From contig NC_042997.1 of assembly GCF_006345805.1 (NCBI RefSeq), forward strand, positions 158,782,001 through 158,846,000: 64,000 nucleotides of DNA, read 5' to 3'. Below, piece by piece: positions 1 to 14,306 of this stretch. This stretch comes from Octopus sinensis. Lineage: Eukaryota. The notes beneath the pieces were generated by a model that worked only from the letters and a program-made list of their open reading frames with translations, searched no databases and was not told where the DNA came from. Position 1 is the stretch's first letter. Each line of letters opens with the position of its first letter. The translations under genes and the position numbers were made by a program.

Positions 1-929
1 ATCCAATGATAACGCTGAAAATTATCTCCCGTGTATTAGAACGTCATGCGCATAAAAGGAAATGATATAATTCAAAGATGAGAGCGGGGAGAAAGAGAAA
101 GAGAGAGTGAGAGAAAGAGAAAGAGAGAGTGAGAGTGAGAGAAAGAGAGAGTGAGAGAAAGAGAGAGAAATGTTGTCCACAAATTCCCAAATTTACGAAT
201 ATTGATAATTATATAAATACATTTGTAATTCAGCTGGTGAAACTGGCAGTTACAAAATATGATCTGTTATACCATCTATCTTTGCTATCTGAGGGTTATA
301 ACTCTAACTATCTGATAGAGATTGAAATTTCCCATTCGTACGCAGCACTTACTGAGAAAGTCTTTTGTTGCCCAATATTGTTTCGTAGAAGACTACAAAC
401 TATTAGTTCTGTCTCCCCTCGTATTTTCTTGAATATTTTTAAAAGACGTGCGAACTTTTGTACTTATCCACATTAATTTACAGTATTGTTTTAATTTACT
501 TATTCATTTAAACACCAATTTGATGTTTCTTGTATCTCTTCTCGTCATCATTTTTTTTTTTGGGGGGGGGGCTTTATTTATACTCCTTTGTTTTGTTTTC
601 TCCATTGTCTTCCCATTCTTTATATTTCTTGTGTCCTGTATATACTTCTTATTAACTATAGTTAAGTCTATTAACCCACGCACGCACACACATACACGCA
701 CATACACACACACACACGTATTTTAAATAACAATGAAGAGAAACCATATTAAAAGGTGAAACTAACTATATATATATGTTTTTATAAAGAGTCACCTATG
801 TTGATGTGGGTGTTTATTTGCGTGTGCCCATGAGGGTGTTTGATTGTACATTTTTTTGTACTGCAAAATAAATAAAAACAACTACATCTATGAATAACAA
901 TTTATCTATCAATCTATCGATATACATAA

Positions 930-962
930 ATGAATGCACACACGTGCATAATACATATATAC

Positions 963-1005
<43 letters not shown>

Positions 1006-1060
1006 TATACATATATATATATATATTTACATATATATACACAGACATATATATATATAA

Positions 1061-1091
<31 letters not shown>

Positions 1092-1096
1092 AACAT

Positions 1097-1127
<31 letters not shown>

Positions 1128-1132
1128 AACAT

Positions 1133-1212
<80 letters not shown>
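930..1212. repeat. Compound (TA)n/(CA)n/(TACA)n microsatellite
   Basis: Direct reading. Includes a thrice-repeated (TA)n-AAAC-(AC)n unit at about 1048-1150. Confidence 0.95.
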
Positions 1213-1215
<3 letters not shown>

Positions 1216-1447
1216 GTACAGAAATATATGTTGTGCCTATGTATGTGTATTTCTGAGCATTTTAAGATTGATATCTAAAGATAAAGGAGAATATATTCAT
1301 AACTAAAAGAAATTATTCCGATCAAAAGAGCCTAAATGTTTTGATGAATAATGAAGGGAATAATTGCCTACGCACAAGTACACATAAATACATGCACTCA
1401 CTACCAACATACACATACACACCCGTACTCGTATGATCACATGCTAT

Positions 1448-1489
<42 letters not shown>

Positions 1490-2033
1490 GCACACCAGCA
1501 CTTCTATATGAGTAAGTAAAAATCAATAACCGGTCGAAAAAAATATTTTAAAAGCAAAAAATCATAGGGACTCCGTGCAATTGGTAATTTCTTGTTTGTC
1601 GTTTGATTATTTTCTTCAAGATGACCATATTTAAAGTAGATAGAAATCCCAAACCCCAATAACGTTTCTTCGATATATCTGCAGAAAAAATGGGAAAAAA
1701 TCAATAAATAGTTTCCGAAAGATGAAATGAACAGAATGGCAATATTCAAATTATGCTTATATATGTTCAATGGACTGAACTGTTGTGAACAGCAATAATA
1801 TTAAATAAATACACAGAGACATACATACATAGGCAAATAGACACCTCCTAAATAGATAGACAAATAGATAGATAGAGGGAGAGAGAAATGTATGTAGTTC
1901 TGATAGTACTCATCTAACTTGAAAAATATCATACATGAAAACACTGAGCCCTTGAGTTTCCGGTATTGGTTTACAGCCAAAATATGAATAAACATGTTCT
2001 ATTTAATTTATTTCTACCACTAAGCCTCCACAT

Positions 2034-2940
<907 letters not shown>

Positions 2941-3555
2941 ATAGCTATATGTACCGTTTGATATTCACGAAGGACTGGTATTTTGCACATTTCATAATTA
3001 TAGTGTTAGGAGAATGTGTTGCTAGGGAATCACACGAAACGAAATTGAAATAAATAAGAATGTACCACCAATATTTACGATAAAACTTTCAATTTCTAGT
3101 TTCGCAAGAGAGAAAAAGAAAACGTTTTTAGTTTCAACATTTCCTTCTTTGGTTACTATTGCTGCATGACAGCTTCAGGAAGAGGCGGATAGTGCGGAAG
3201 AGAGAGAGAGAAAGAACAATTGAAGTACAGGAGCATATGTTACCACGTAAAGCATAATCAGGATTAAATTCAGAAAAATTCGAAAATGTCATGAAAGCTT
3301 CCTGTTCTGATAGGACACTGATAGCTGATAGCAATTTAGACAGTAATATATCAGCAGTGTCAACAGCACTTGTAATAAACAAGATGTTTAGGATTGAAAT
3401 AATGGACTCTGTATGTGCTCATTCTAGCTGTTAGAAATAGGAGACATATCTTCCTTAAATCTAACCCTATTGTTTTGACATAATAGACAATGTGATCCTA
3501 TACATAAAAAAGCATCGGTCTTTCTCTTCTCATTTACTGGAAAAAATTAGCTATC

Positions 3556-3834
3556 TTCAGACCTGGAAAGGCATGAACTCCGCTAGATCTAACAGTGCTC
3601 ATGACAAGCCGGATAGCAGTCGGAAATATATATATGTGACCGCGTGTGTATCGTTGGCTATTTTCTTTCTCCGTCTTCCCTTCCTTGGACCTTTTCTTTT
3701 TCTATGTTTCTGACGAAGAGTTCCGCTCGAAACGTTAAATCCTCCTTCTTTCTTTCCTTTCTTGAGCGTCCAAGAACACTATACTTGTTCCACGTCCTCG
3801 CGTTGTTGTGTTTTCTCTTTGTTCATGTTTGGAT

Positions 3835-3840
<6 letters not shown>
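3556..3840 (+). mobile_element. Short Penelope-like (PLE) terminal/pLTR-type non-autonomous element carrying a hammerhead motif
   Basis: Contains CTGACGA-A-GAGttccgCTC-GAAACGTT, followed by a pyrimidine-rich tail that runs directly into (TA)n at 3839. Minimal hammerheads are an established feature of PLE termini. The left boundary is approximate. Confidence 0.5.
3706..3740 (+). ncRNA. Minimal type I hammerhead ribozyme motif
   Basis: Helix I GTTT(3706-09)/AAAT(3737-40). Core CTGACGA(3710-16) plus an extra A. Helix II GAG/CTC with loop TTCCG. GAAA at 3729-32. Palindromic AACGTT helix III. Predicted GUU cleavage after 3736. Confidence 0.6.
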
Positions 3841-3878
<38 letters not shown>

Positions 3879-4278
3879 TCATACACTCACACATATATTC
3901 TTTAGATAATGTTGTTTTCGCTCACTTTCTCTTTGTATCTGTGCGTGTATGTGTTTGTGTTTGTGTGTATATGTGTGGGGGGCGGTATGTGCGTGTGTGT
4001 ACATCTGGTTTTGTATATGCTTGTTGTTCTGGATGTTATGGCTGACAGTTTTTGACTAAAATGTTTAGAATTATATATTTTGCTCAGTGATTAAAATCTA
4101 TTGGTTTTCAATACAGTTTTCGAATTGTAATTCTTTGGGTGTATTTGTCTGTGTGTTCATGCATTCGCACGCGCGTGTGCAAGAACATCTGGTTTCCATG
4201 AGCTTGTCCCGTGTGTATGTTATAGTAGACTGGCTATGACTAATATCTATAATACTTCGATCGATTAATAAAAGATGT

Positions 4279-4605
4279 ATGGCTCAGTGGTTAGAGTGTC
4301 GAGCTCATAATCATGAGTTCGATTCCCGGACTGGGCTGTGTGTTGTATTCTTGAGCAAGATGCTTTATTTCACGTTGCTCCAGTTCATTCAGCTGTAGAA
4401 ATGAACTACGGCCTCACCGGTGCCAAGCTGCCTAGGCGTTTGCCTTTTTCTTGGATAACATCGGTAGCGTGGAGGGGGAAAGCTGATATGAATGGGCAAA
4501 TTTTGATCTTCTACAAACAAACAGCATTGCCCGGCCTTGTGCCTCGTAGGGTAATTTTCTAGGTGCAATCTCATGGTCATTCGTGACCGAAGGGGCCCTT
4601 ACCCA
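4279..4605 (+). mobile_element. tRNA-derived SINE (family C here)
   Basis: A box TGGCTCAGTGG, B box GAGTTCGATTCC, then body gtgttgtattcttgagcaag...cacgttgctccag. Clearly homologous to 4758-5095. Confidence 0.8.
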
Positions 4606-4757
4606 GATAAAGAATCCAAAACCTAAAAAAGAAAAGAATATTGACAAAAATTCGATGTATTACATTCAATAAAAAAAGAATTAAGGAGCCAGGACCAGAA
4701 TACGAAGAAAACTAGGAAAGTTTTATCAATTTATCCAATAACTTGCAGCCTATGAAC

Positions 4758-5095
4758 ACGCATGGTTCAGTGGTTAGAGCATCAGGTTTATCATCATGAG
4801 GTTGTGAGTTCGATTCCCGGACCTGGCTGTGTGTTGCGTTCCTGAACAAAGCACTTTGTTTCACGTTGCTCCAGCTTACTCAGCTGTAGAAATGAGTTGC
4901 TACGCCACTGGTGCTAGGCTGCGTCAGACTTTGCCTTTCCCATGGACAACATTGGTGGCGTGGATAAGGGAAACTGGCATTCATGGACAACTGCTGGTCT
5001 TCCACAAACAAGCTTGCCGTGCTTGTACCTCGGAGGGGTACTTTCTAGATGCTATCCCATGATCATTGGTGACCGAAAGAAGTATTATCCCTTTT
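4758..5095 (+). mobile_element. tRNA-derived SINE (family C), second adjacent copy
   Basis: A box TGGTTCAGTGG, B box GAGTTCGATTCC, and the same body as 4279-4605. Confidence 0.8.
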
Positions 5096-5528
5096 TAACT
5101 AAAGGATTTCAAGAAGCAGTAAAATTGGGGCGAAACAAAAAAGACGTAATTGTTGTTATTCCTATTCAGTTCCAAATTATAGAAATACTCTACATCAGCA
5201 TTAGAAATGTTCTGCTCAGATTACTGATGCAATCTGAGCAAGTGGTCACAATCTGTTTACGACTTCACTATAAAGCCTTTTCGCCTTTCAAGTAACAATA
5301 TTTACATTTTGGTACCAAAATACAATTTGTAGCAATGTGAAAAAAGATAGGGAATTTATGAAGAAAAAGACTGTCATAGAAACAAGGAAATTTTAACAGA
5401 TTTATAAAGTAAAAAGAGGTTCCAACTACTTCAGTTGAACAATATACTACTGGCAATGTGACGTCGAATGATGAAATCAAAATCTAGGGATAAAATAATA
5501 ATAATAATAATAATAACACAACAACAAC

Positions 5529-5561
<33 letters not shown>

Positions 5562-5718
5562 GGGAAGGAGATGAGTCGATTACATCGACACCAGTGTTCA
5601 ACTGGTACTTATTTTATTGATCCCGAAAGGATGAAAGGCAAAGTCGACCCCGACGAAATTTGAACTCAGAACATAGTGGCGAGCGAAAAACCTCTAAGGA
5701 TTTCGCCCGGCGTGCTCC
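5562..5718 (-). mobile_element. tRNA-derived SINE (family A), partial
   Basis: Reverse complement of the ttctgagttcaaatt...ctttcatcctttcggggtcgat core seen at 10397. Confidence 0.8.
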
Positions 5719-5721
5719 CTC

Positions 5722-5760
<39 letters not shown>

Positions 5761-5783
5761 GATAATAATAATAAAGATAATAA

Positions 5784-6022
5784 TGTGCGCTGGGAACAGT
5801 AAATCAATATATAGACAAATTGCTGAAGGAGATTGAAATAGAATGCGTGGTAGATCTGCAACAGAAAATTTACCTCTTAGGACAGAAAGGATTAACAGAA
5901 GGGTTCTAAGCACTTGAAAGACTGCCGAAAACGTGTGGATACCTAACGTTACAGGTGGTAGTAAACCGTTACCACATAAATCCTACCAGGAATAAAATCA
6001 AACTTGAACTTCGTTTCTATAA
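5784..6022 (+). mobile_element. 5'-truncated R4/Dong-like non-LTR retrotransposon 3' end embedded in (TAA)n
   Basis: 5784-5909 reads CALGTVNQYIDKLLKEIEIECVVDLQQKIYLLGQKGLTEGF*. This resembles the GALG...LQK..LLGT..I.R C-terminus of restriction-like-endonuclease LINEs. (TAA)n lies on both sides. Confidence 0.6.
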
Positions 6023-6024
6023 TG

Positions 6025-6107
<83 letters not shown>

Positions 6108-6190
6108 AAGAAGAAGAAGAAGAAGAAGAAGAAGAAGAAGAAGAAGAAGAATGAAGATGATGATGATGATACTAATAATTAATAAATAAA
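6023..6190. repeat. (AAT)n-(AAG)n-(GAT)n compound trinucleotide tract
   Basis: Direct reading. Confidence 0.95.
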
Positions 6191-6445
6191 TAAATGCCCT
6201 GATGCAGTACCAGGCCGTGGCCCTCGCGGCTTCTGAAAGTTAACTGATTGGAAGTGTTATCATGTACACTGTTTTGTCTTGGTATAAAAGATGGGCTACA
6301 GCAAACATTCTACTCAATACCATAGATTTGCTTGACGGTTGTTTGACCTTAACCAGTTGAGCATGTCTCGTGATCTCTGATCACGAGCAGAAATAGTGGG
6401 GGAGCATCATAGTCATGTGTTGAGAGGGATTCTTTGCGGACTTTG
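6191..6445 (-). mobile_element. Interspersed SINE-like repeat (family E) with trinucleotide tail
   Basis: Recognised from memory as a common octopus repeat (…catggctatgatgctccccc…gcctggtactgcatcagggcattt). Single copy in this window, so it cannot be confirmed internally. Confidence 0.45.
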
Positions 6446-6657
6446 AAACGGGGGAAAGTGCAGATTTCATTTTTCAGTCTCAAATTACCGGTTATCGATC
6501 AGGTTCGGTAATCTTAAACCTCAACGATCTGGGTTTCGGTAGGAAACTTACGAAATTTCAAGTCTAACGGAGTCGAATCAAACTGTTTCAAACAATAATA
6601 TATATAACTCCTACTAAATCTGCTAAGTGCCTTTTTCTTTCGTTTGTCCATTCACTT

Positions 6658-6714
<57 letters not shown>

Positions 6715-6806
6715 TGTGAATTTACATTTAGTAGTTGAAATATGTCGTGAACATATTTTAACTTAGCTAAAGTTTACTTATATCTGTGTGTATGTGTCTG
6801 TGTGTG

Positions 6807-6846
<40 letters not shown>

Positions 6847-8029
6847 TCTAAGGAATATCTTGATTAGAAAACTGTTATATGTGCACTTGTGGAAAGTTGC
6901 ATATTTATCCATGTCTCCCACGCTCCATAACATACATAGATACATGCATACACCCACACTCAAGAGCGCATGCGTTATTTTTAATAATTGACAATACCAG
7001 TTCTATATAATTGTACCATTTATTTATTTATTTACTTCGTTTTGTGTAATAGCATCATTTTCATGGTACATTATTTTGTGAATAACTGTTTGCCGAATGA
7101 CTATTGACATAAATGGTTAGTGAGCTTTGTAATGTGATTTTGGTCGGATGAAATTCCATTTGGTATCCAAATTGAAACTATAATTATGTTTCTTTATGTT
7201 GCATATTATTGATTTTCTTTGAGAACTTATGATTTGTCATTTTATCATTCATTTGTATATTAATGTGCATGGCAAACCAATTAGGGAGACTGTAGGTTTA
7301 AACATATCCTAGATTTATGCGAACTCAAGCAGGGTTAATGTTGTGTAATTAGCAAAATAACACAGGATTCGATGCTTCGTTGATTTTACAATTATTGTCA
7401 TATTTGGCAATCATACTACATTTGTAGCTATAGTTGAAAGCATGTTTAGTATGTCAACGGAATTATATTGTCCATTTAGTCTTAAATTATAAGTGAATCA
7501 GTTTATCTTCATTCCATTTTGAATTTGGCCGAAACACAACATTTAAAAGAATCAATTTACCTAACTAGATATAGATGCTACGAGGATTTGCAATCAAGCA
7601 CTCGAAGCAGAGGTCAATTGTAGATCAGCGAGTTGTTGCGATTTTGATTCGTAACTCTGGCATAATGCCACGAAGTTTGGAGGCAGGTATAGCCAATTTA
7701 ATCGTCCCCTGTACTTGACTGGTATTTTATTTTATCGATGTAATGAAATGCTATATTGACATTGGTGAGTTTTCAACTTAGAATGTAAAGCGGCGTAACT
7801 AAATGCCCCAATACTTAGTTAACTGGCGGAAATAGTGATTTTAATATAGGCACAGGGTTTTAAATTTCAGAAAGGCGTATATTCCGTTAAATTTAGCTTG
7901 AAAATGACTGGTACATTATTTTATAGATCTAGGTAAGACAAAGGTAAATTCAATGGTATTCAGAATCAGAATATAAATGATCATAACTAACTACTGTAAG
8001 TTACTTTAAGCAAGGTGAAAATTCTAACA

Positions 8030-8235
8030 GAGCGTTTTTCCCTCCATCCGCTCCATAATTCCTTTGTGGGGCGACAACCTCCCGTCGCTACCCACCCTCT
8101 GTATCATCTTCTCATACTCCTTCAGACTAGCCAAGTCCAACTCCCTTCGCTTCATCTCCGTGTCTTCTCCAATACTCCGTCCATCTTTAAGACTGCCCTT
8201 ACCAGCTTCTTCTCTGCTGAAGACAACTCAGACCC
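8030..8235 (+). mobile_element. Decayed CR1/Jockey-like LINE 3' fragment
   Basis: Frameshifted translation ...RLAKSNSL...VFSNTPSIFKTA resembles the RT..LWNSLP..VFP...FK C-terminus. Same type as 27455-27630. Confidence 0.4.
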
Positions 8236-9499
8236 GCTAAGGACTGTATACATTTTCTAAATGGCACTAAAAAACCGTCCGACTCTCGACAAATTCACAC
8301 AACAGCTACTGGACAACACATGCGCGGAAGCAAGCTTCCAACCATACAGCCACACCCTCATTTATATATGTATATATACCTCTATCCATTTATCTATTTA
8401 GCTCTCTCTATATATATACTTATATGATTTCGATTTTATGTATATCTATACGTAAAAACCGTCAAACATTAATTAAAACATCATTCAGTTTATTTAAATT
8501 GCTTATGAAATTTATTTTTATTGGGCCCAGCACTGGTTTATTTTTTCGAAGTTTCATACTTAGATATCATCACCCCATACACATACAGAATACACATGTA
8601 CAAACATCTACCCACCAATATATACTGTTACATACATACATATTATCATTTCTCCGACTTGCTAGTAATATAGTGTACGCAGCGTTAAGAGTGATTAACA
8701 AGATCTATACATGTCTGTTGCCTTCTGCAGCTGTATTAAAGGAAGTAGTTTCACTCCTATCACCATTGTTTATTTGTCTAAAACTTGAATCAATCGATTT
8801 TAGTGTAATAATGTCTCTTGGCCGCCGTTAAAATTTAATTTTAAACACCCTGAGAGAGAGTTTTTTCTGCATGGATAATCACAGTCAGTCGAAGCTACCA
8901 CTCACGTATGTAGGTTTCTATCTCATTCTAACTATATTCTGATACCATGAAGATAAAACATTTAATCGTAGTACAGTGACCGAACATGTAACACAAAACA
9001 CCACCGTATCTCCATCTCTGAACACCCATTACTAGTGATGTAGACTACTTTCGATTCCCAGTTGTAATGGTATCAGTTATTTCGATAATGATTTCGCGAC
9101 AGATATCTCAAAATTGGCATTTCCTTTTCCCGTTAAATGTCATGCTTTGTATGCAAAATCAATGAAAACTTTCTGTGCTTCCTTACGTTAACTTTTTTAT
9201 GCTTCCTAATCAAATGACTAATTTATTTAGATAATTAAATATATCTAATTTTCAGATATGATAATGATTTCTAACTTTTTCATGATTTATTATCTTCCAG
9301 TTTTTTTTTGTTTTGTTTCTTTCGATAGGTCTTTTTTATCGTTAGTCAGTAAAGTTGTTAATACCAATGATATATTTCGGGATATTCAGAACTGGGAAGA
9401 CCAAGGGTTCGAATGCTTGTAGTAGAGTAGGCCCCATTAATAGCGTCCAATAATCAGGTGTGAGTGCTAACCGGATGATGGATTAAGTCTACAGTCCAA

Positions 9500-9926
9500 C
9501 TAACCCACGTCAAAATTTAAACTCAGAATGCAAAGAGGTGAAACAAAAATCTCAAAGCTTCACGTCCTACGCTCTAACAATTCCGGCAGTTCACCAACCT
9601 AGACTAGTATTTTATTTATGCATATTAGGAGGATGAAAAACGAAGTTAACCGCAACTGGATCTGAACTAAGAATCTAAGTAAGTCGAAAAAATGATAGTA
9701 AGACATTTAATCCGATGCCCATAATTTCTTAATGATAAAGATCAATCAGCTTTAATTTTTGGTTTCAAATTTTGGGACAGGACCAGAAATTTGAGGTGGG
9801 AGAGTAAGTCGATTACATCGACCCAATATTCAAGTAGTACTTATATTATCGATCCCGTGAAGACTGACGATGTGACGCTTACCACTTTGCCTGGTGTGCT
9901 AACGATTCTGTCAGCTCATCGCCTTA
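9500..9926 (-). mobile_element. Cluster of degenerate family A SINE fragments
   Basis: Three reverse-strand pieces matching the aaatttgaactcagaa, gtcgattacatcgaccc and tgctaacgattctgtcagctc motifs. Confidence 0.6.
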
Positions 9927-10396
9927 ATCAGTTTTAATATTAATTTACTACTTCGAAGATCGACAGGAGTTAATGCTTTTCTGGTTTGGCCACAACTTTG
10001 AAGGAAAAGTACTTTATTTTACCTATTCTGGAGGAAAGAAAGGTAACGTTCATCTCACTGGAATGGAATTAGAACTCGTAATGTAAAGATCAAAAATGTG
10101 ACAAGATTTAACAAGCCTTTAAAATAAAATTCCATGGCTCTCAGAAATCTGTAGCGAAAGTAAATATAGTTAAGATGAACACAAAATCGATGTAACACCA
10201 CGAACACTAATAACAGGGAGAGTCAAAACAGATACCGTAAGTTATAAAATTAAGATGCACTAAAAATGCAGCTGGTCTACTTCAGGTCCCTTTAAAGAAT
10301 GAAAAACAACGTTGGTTACTTACCCACTTGATCACCATGTACGTCGTAGTCAGAGAGCAGAAAGATGGCAGAAATGTAGCAATATATATTCGCTTC

Positions 10397-10791
10397 AAGG
10401 CGGCGAGCTGGCAGAAACGTTACCACTCCGGGCGAAATGCTTAGTGGTATTTCGTTTACCGTTACGTTCTGAGTTCAAATTCCGCCGAGGTCGGCTTTGC
10501 CTTTATTCCTTTCGGGGTCGATAAATTAAATACCAGTTATGCACTGGGGTCGATGTAATCAACTTAATCCCTTTGTCTGTCTTTGTTTGTCCTCTCTGTG
10601 TTTAGCCCCTTGTGGGTAGTAAAGAAATAGGTATTTCGTCTGTCTTTACGTTCTGAGTTCAAATTCTGCCGAGGTTGACTTTGCCTTTCATCCTTTCGGG
10701 GTCGAAAACTTAAGTACCAGTTGCGTACTGGGGGTCGATCTAATCGACTGGCCCCTCCCCCAAAATTTCGGGCCTTGTGCCTAGAGTAGAA
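10397..10791 (+). mobile_element. Dimeric family A tRNA-derived SINE with probable TSD
   Basis: Head aaggcggcgagctggcagaaacgtta with B-box-like gagttcaaattcc. The core occurs twice. Flanks are aatatatattcgcttc (10381-96) and aatatatattctcttc (10792-807). Confidence 0.85.
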
Positions 10792-10851
10792 AATATATAT
10801 TCTCTTCGAAGCTATGACGACTCTGCCAAATGACTACTTTACACACACACA

Positions 10852-10887
<36 letters not shown>

Positions 10888-13155
10888 TGCGTACAGAGAC
10901 AAAAGGTGAGGTCAGGGATGACTGATTTATCATAAGAAATGACATTAGACAAGTTTAATTAATCTTCATCACTTAGATATAAACTTTATCCGCTTCTATA
11001 TAAAAGTGTACCAGTGTATATGCATGTGTGTGCCAGTACGTCTTTAAGCAGTATGAACTGCAATGATTCTTATTTTTGTATTTAAATGTGTGTGCGTGAG
11101 TGTGTGAGCGTATGTATGTGCGAGTATGTGTGTGTTTGATTATGTGTTCGCACGTATTGAACCTATACTCAATGTTTTTAATAGAAGCTGATTAAAGAAA
11201 CTAGATACATCTGCTACCGTATAATGAAGAAAATTCACTACAATATTTTCTTTTCTTTTTAGTTTCCATTCAGAATGATATTCTATTCATGTTTCCCGTG
11301 CAACAGTTTGCTTGCAAACTCTTGCATATGTAATCATTCATTGTACTATATCAGAGTTAATGGCATCTTTTTGATTAGTCCTTTGACCTGTACTTTTTCA
11401 AGAATCGGAAATTTGATGTTTCAGAAATCTATAATTTTCCTAAAAGCATTAGTAACTGATTTCGAAGGTATACTGGCTAGTCAAGTGATTTAACCTGAGA
11501 CAGAGTGTTGAAACGGAAATCATTTGTTCCTCATAAAGTGATAATAGGTATTTACAAAATATGTATAATATTGTATTCATTTACTTTAAGATTATTTTTC
11601 ATGTTATATCTCGCGATAATATATGATACTATTTCTAAAGAAAAATTAAAACAAAGATCTGTGTGTATTTTACAATTTTACACTTGCTCGGTGTGGCGGA
11701 AAGGGCAGTGCCCGTGGTTTTCGTAGCTCTTGCTAGACTAGTGAGAGATGTCATCGGGACTCCTCTTGAAAAATTGCAAGTCAACACCTGCGCAAAAAAT
11801 AAAAATAAAATGTAATGTGTATGTTGAGGAGGATTCAGGAGGCTCGATGTTTGGAAAGGGAGAGCTGAGCTACAACGACCCAATTGATTATTATAAAAGT
11901 GAAGTAGGTAAACTCAAGTAAGGAATAAACATTAGGAGCATTCCAGCTCGCTGTTTGGCGTTCTCCACAAGTAAGACTAGATATCAGTTTCTGTAGACTA
12001 GGCTAAAAATCAAGTTTTACAATGCAATGTAGTGTTGGGCTGGTCGTGGTTTCTTGAACGGCATCGTGCGTCCAACTTCATTCTTTGTACTTTACGCACT
12101 TTCTTGTCCTTTTCTACCCATATTGTCAAACCATCAGAATTCTCACCTTATCCCTGATTATTTCCAAAATTGTTATCTCTCAGATTCTCAAATGCAGCAT
12201 TAACCGCACGAGATCAACAGTCATGTATGACCTGCAAAAGCTATTGGTATAACCCTTCCTTTGGAACAAACACTATAAAGCGTTAAAAGATATCAGCAAG
12301 GAACCGGATGGAAGTTTTGAATATGGTTTCCTGGAAACGTATCTCTTCTTCTAAATGTTTATAACAAGTATGCCAAAAATATATTTAGATATAATAACTC
12401 AAAATGCTGGTGTATGAATCAGAAACCATATATCAACACAAAGCTAAACTTTTCATATAGGTACACAACTAATTTGATCCTCTATTTTATCGTCTTCGCA
12501 GATACGGAAGGCAAATTCACAGTTTCCATGACTCGAGTCCCAACCGGAAAAGCTAGAAACAAAATACTGTTATTAATATTTTGTTCAACGCTTTTAAAAT
12601 CACTGCTACAAGACCACTTGAAGAAGTTGCGATATTACTAAATCGTAATGACTGAGGAGATAAAATCTCACTCGAATGAAACGTTCCACATTCTTCTCAT
12701 CGACAACCACTTAACAAAGATTTGAACAACTCATATTCACTTGATATATCTGTAGAGCAGTTAACAAAAGATAAGGAATAAATGGATTGGCTGTGACGAG
12801 TTGGTTTTAAGTTGAATAAAAGATTTATGTACTGAGGTATCAACCACAACAACAACAACTACTACAGCTACTTTAATAGTAGTAGTAGTAGTATTTGTAG
12901 AAATAGTAAGAACAATAACAAGAAAAATAGTAACATAATGCAACCACAACAGAAGTCTTTATGCGGTTGCCAATCCTACTAGAAATAACAGTGATATTTC
13001 ACCTACAGTGTTCTTAAAATGAAGCTGGCATTACAGATTCTGGATGCGCAAGCAAAGACACAGTGGTCAGGAATTAAATGTGATTTAAACTATGCCTGCT
13101 TGATCACGAGCATGCTGTAACCGAACTAGTACAACTAATAATAATACTTTCTACT

Positions 13156-13701
13156 AAAGGCAAAAGGTCTGAAATTTTGGGGGTGGGACTGATCGATTAC
13201 ATCGACTCCAGTGTTCAACTGTTGCTTAATTTATCGACCCCGAAAAGAGGAAGTCCAAAGTCGACATCAGCGGAATTTGAACTCAGAACGTAAGGACGAA
13301 CGAAATGACGCTAAGCATTTGGTCCGGCGTATTAACGTTTCTTATTTCGTTATTGCCCACAAAGGGCTAAACATAGAGGGGACAAACAAGGACAGACAAA
13401 CGGATTAGGTCGATTACATCGACTCCAGCGCGTAACTGGTACTTAATTTATCGACCCCGAAAGAATGAAAGGCACGATCGACCTCGGCGGAATTTAAACT
13501 CAGAACGTAGCAGCAGACGAAATACCTATTTCTTTACTACCCACAAGGGGCTAAACACAGAGAGAACAAACATGGACAGACAAACGGATTAAGTCGATTA
13601 TATCGACCCCAGGCGGAATTTGAACTCAGAACGTAGTGGCAGACGAAATACGGCTACGCATGTCGCCCGGTGTGCTAACGTTTCTGCCAGATCACCGCCT
13701 T
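13156..13701 (-). mobile_element. Trimeric family A SINE
   Basis: Three reverse-strand cores separated by the gacagacaaacggattaag/ggggctaaacacag module. ttctacta occurs on both flanks. Confidence 0.85.
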
Positions 13702-14199
13702 CTACTAATAATGCTTGTATTACCTCTACGACTACCACCACCATTACCACCATCACAAAAGCCACTACCGCCACTACCACCGTGCTACTGTTACTGTTAC
13801 TGCTACTGCTGCTGCTGCATTTATATCCAAGCATCTATGGCTACTTTAGTACAAAGTCAAACGAAGCTTTCGAATTCACCTATCGATTAGAAGTACTTTT
13901 ATATCGAGCAAAGTGTGTTATTATCATTGTTCATATAAACTTCACATTCGTTTCTGATTACCCACCTGACAGCAGCGCCGTTTACATTAATTACAATCGG
14001 TATCATAATGGACTAATTTCTCTGTTGTATGTTGTGTTTCATGTATATTATATCATATAAAAATACGTCATATATATATGACGAATATATATATATATAT
14101 ATATAAGCAGTACCATACGGGGACGCAAGCACACCACCACGACTGTCAAACGGTGATGTGGAGAGGACAAACACAAACACACAAATACACACACTCACA

Positions 14200-14247
<48 letters not shown>

Positions 14248-14306
14248 ACATATATGTATATATATGTATGTATAGAGTGTTAGGTGTGGTGTACAGAAAT
14301 TAAATA

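Noticed and set aside
3134-3382. 82-aa minus-strand ORF MFITSAVDTADILLSKLL...
   Set aside because: No recognisable domain and no convincing splice sites. It adjoins repeat-derived sequence.
11990-12330. Possible RTE fragments here and at about 28060-28440 and 54600-54990
   Set aside because: Motif similarity was too weak by eye to call without a profile search.
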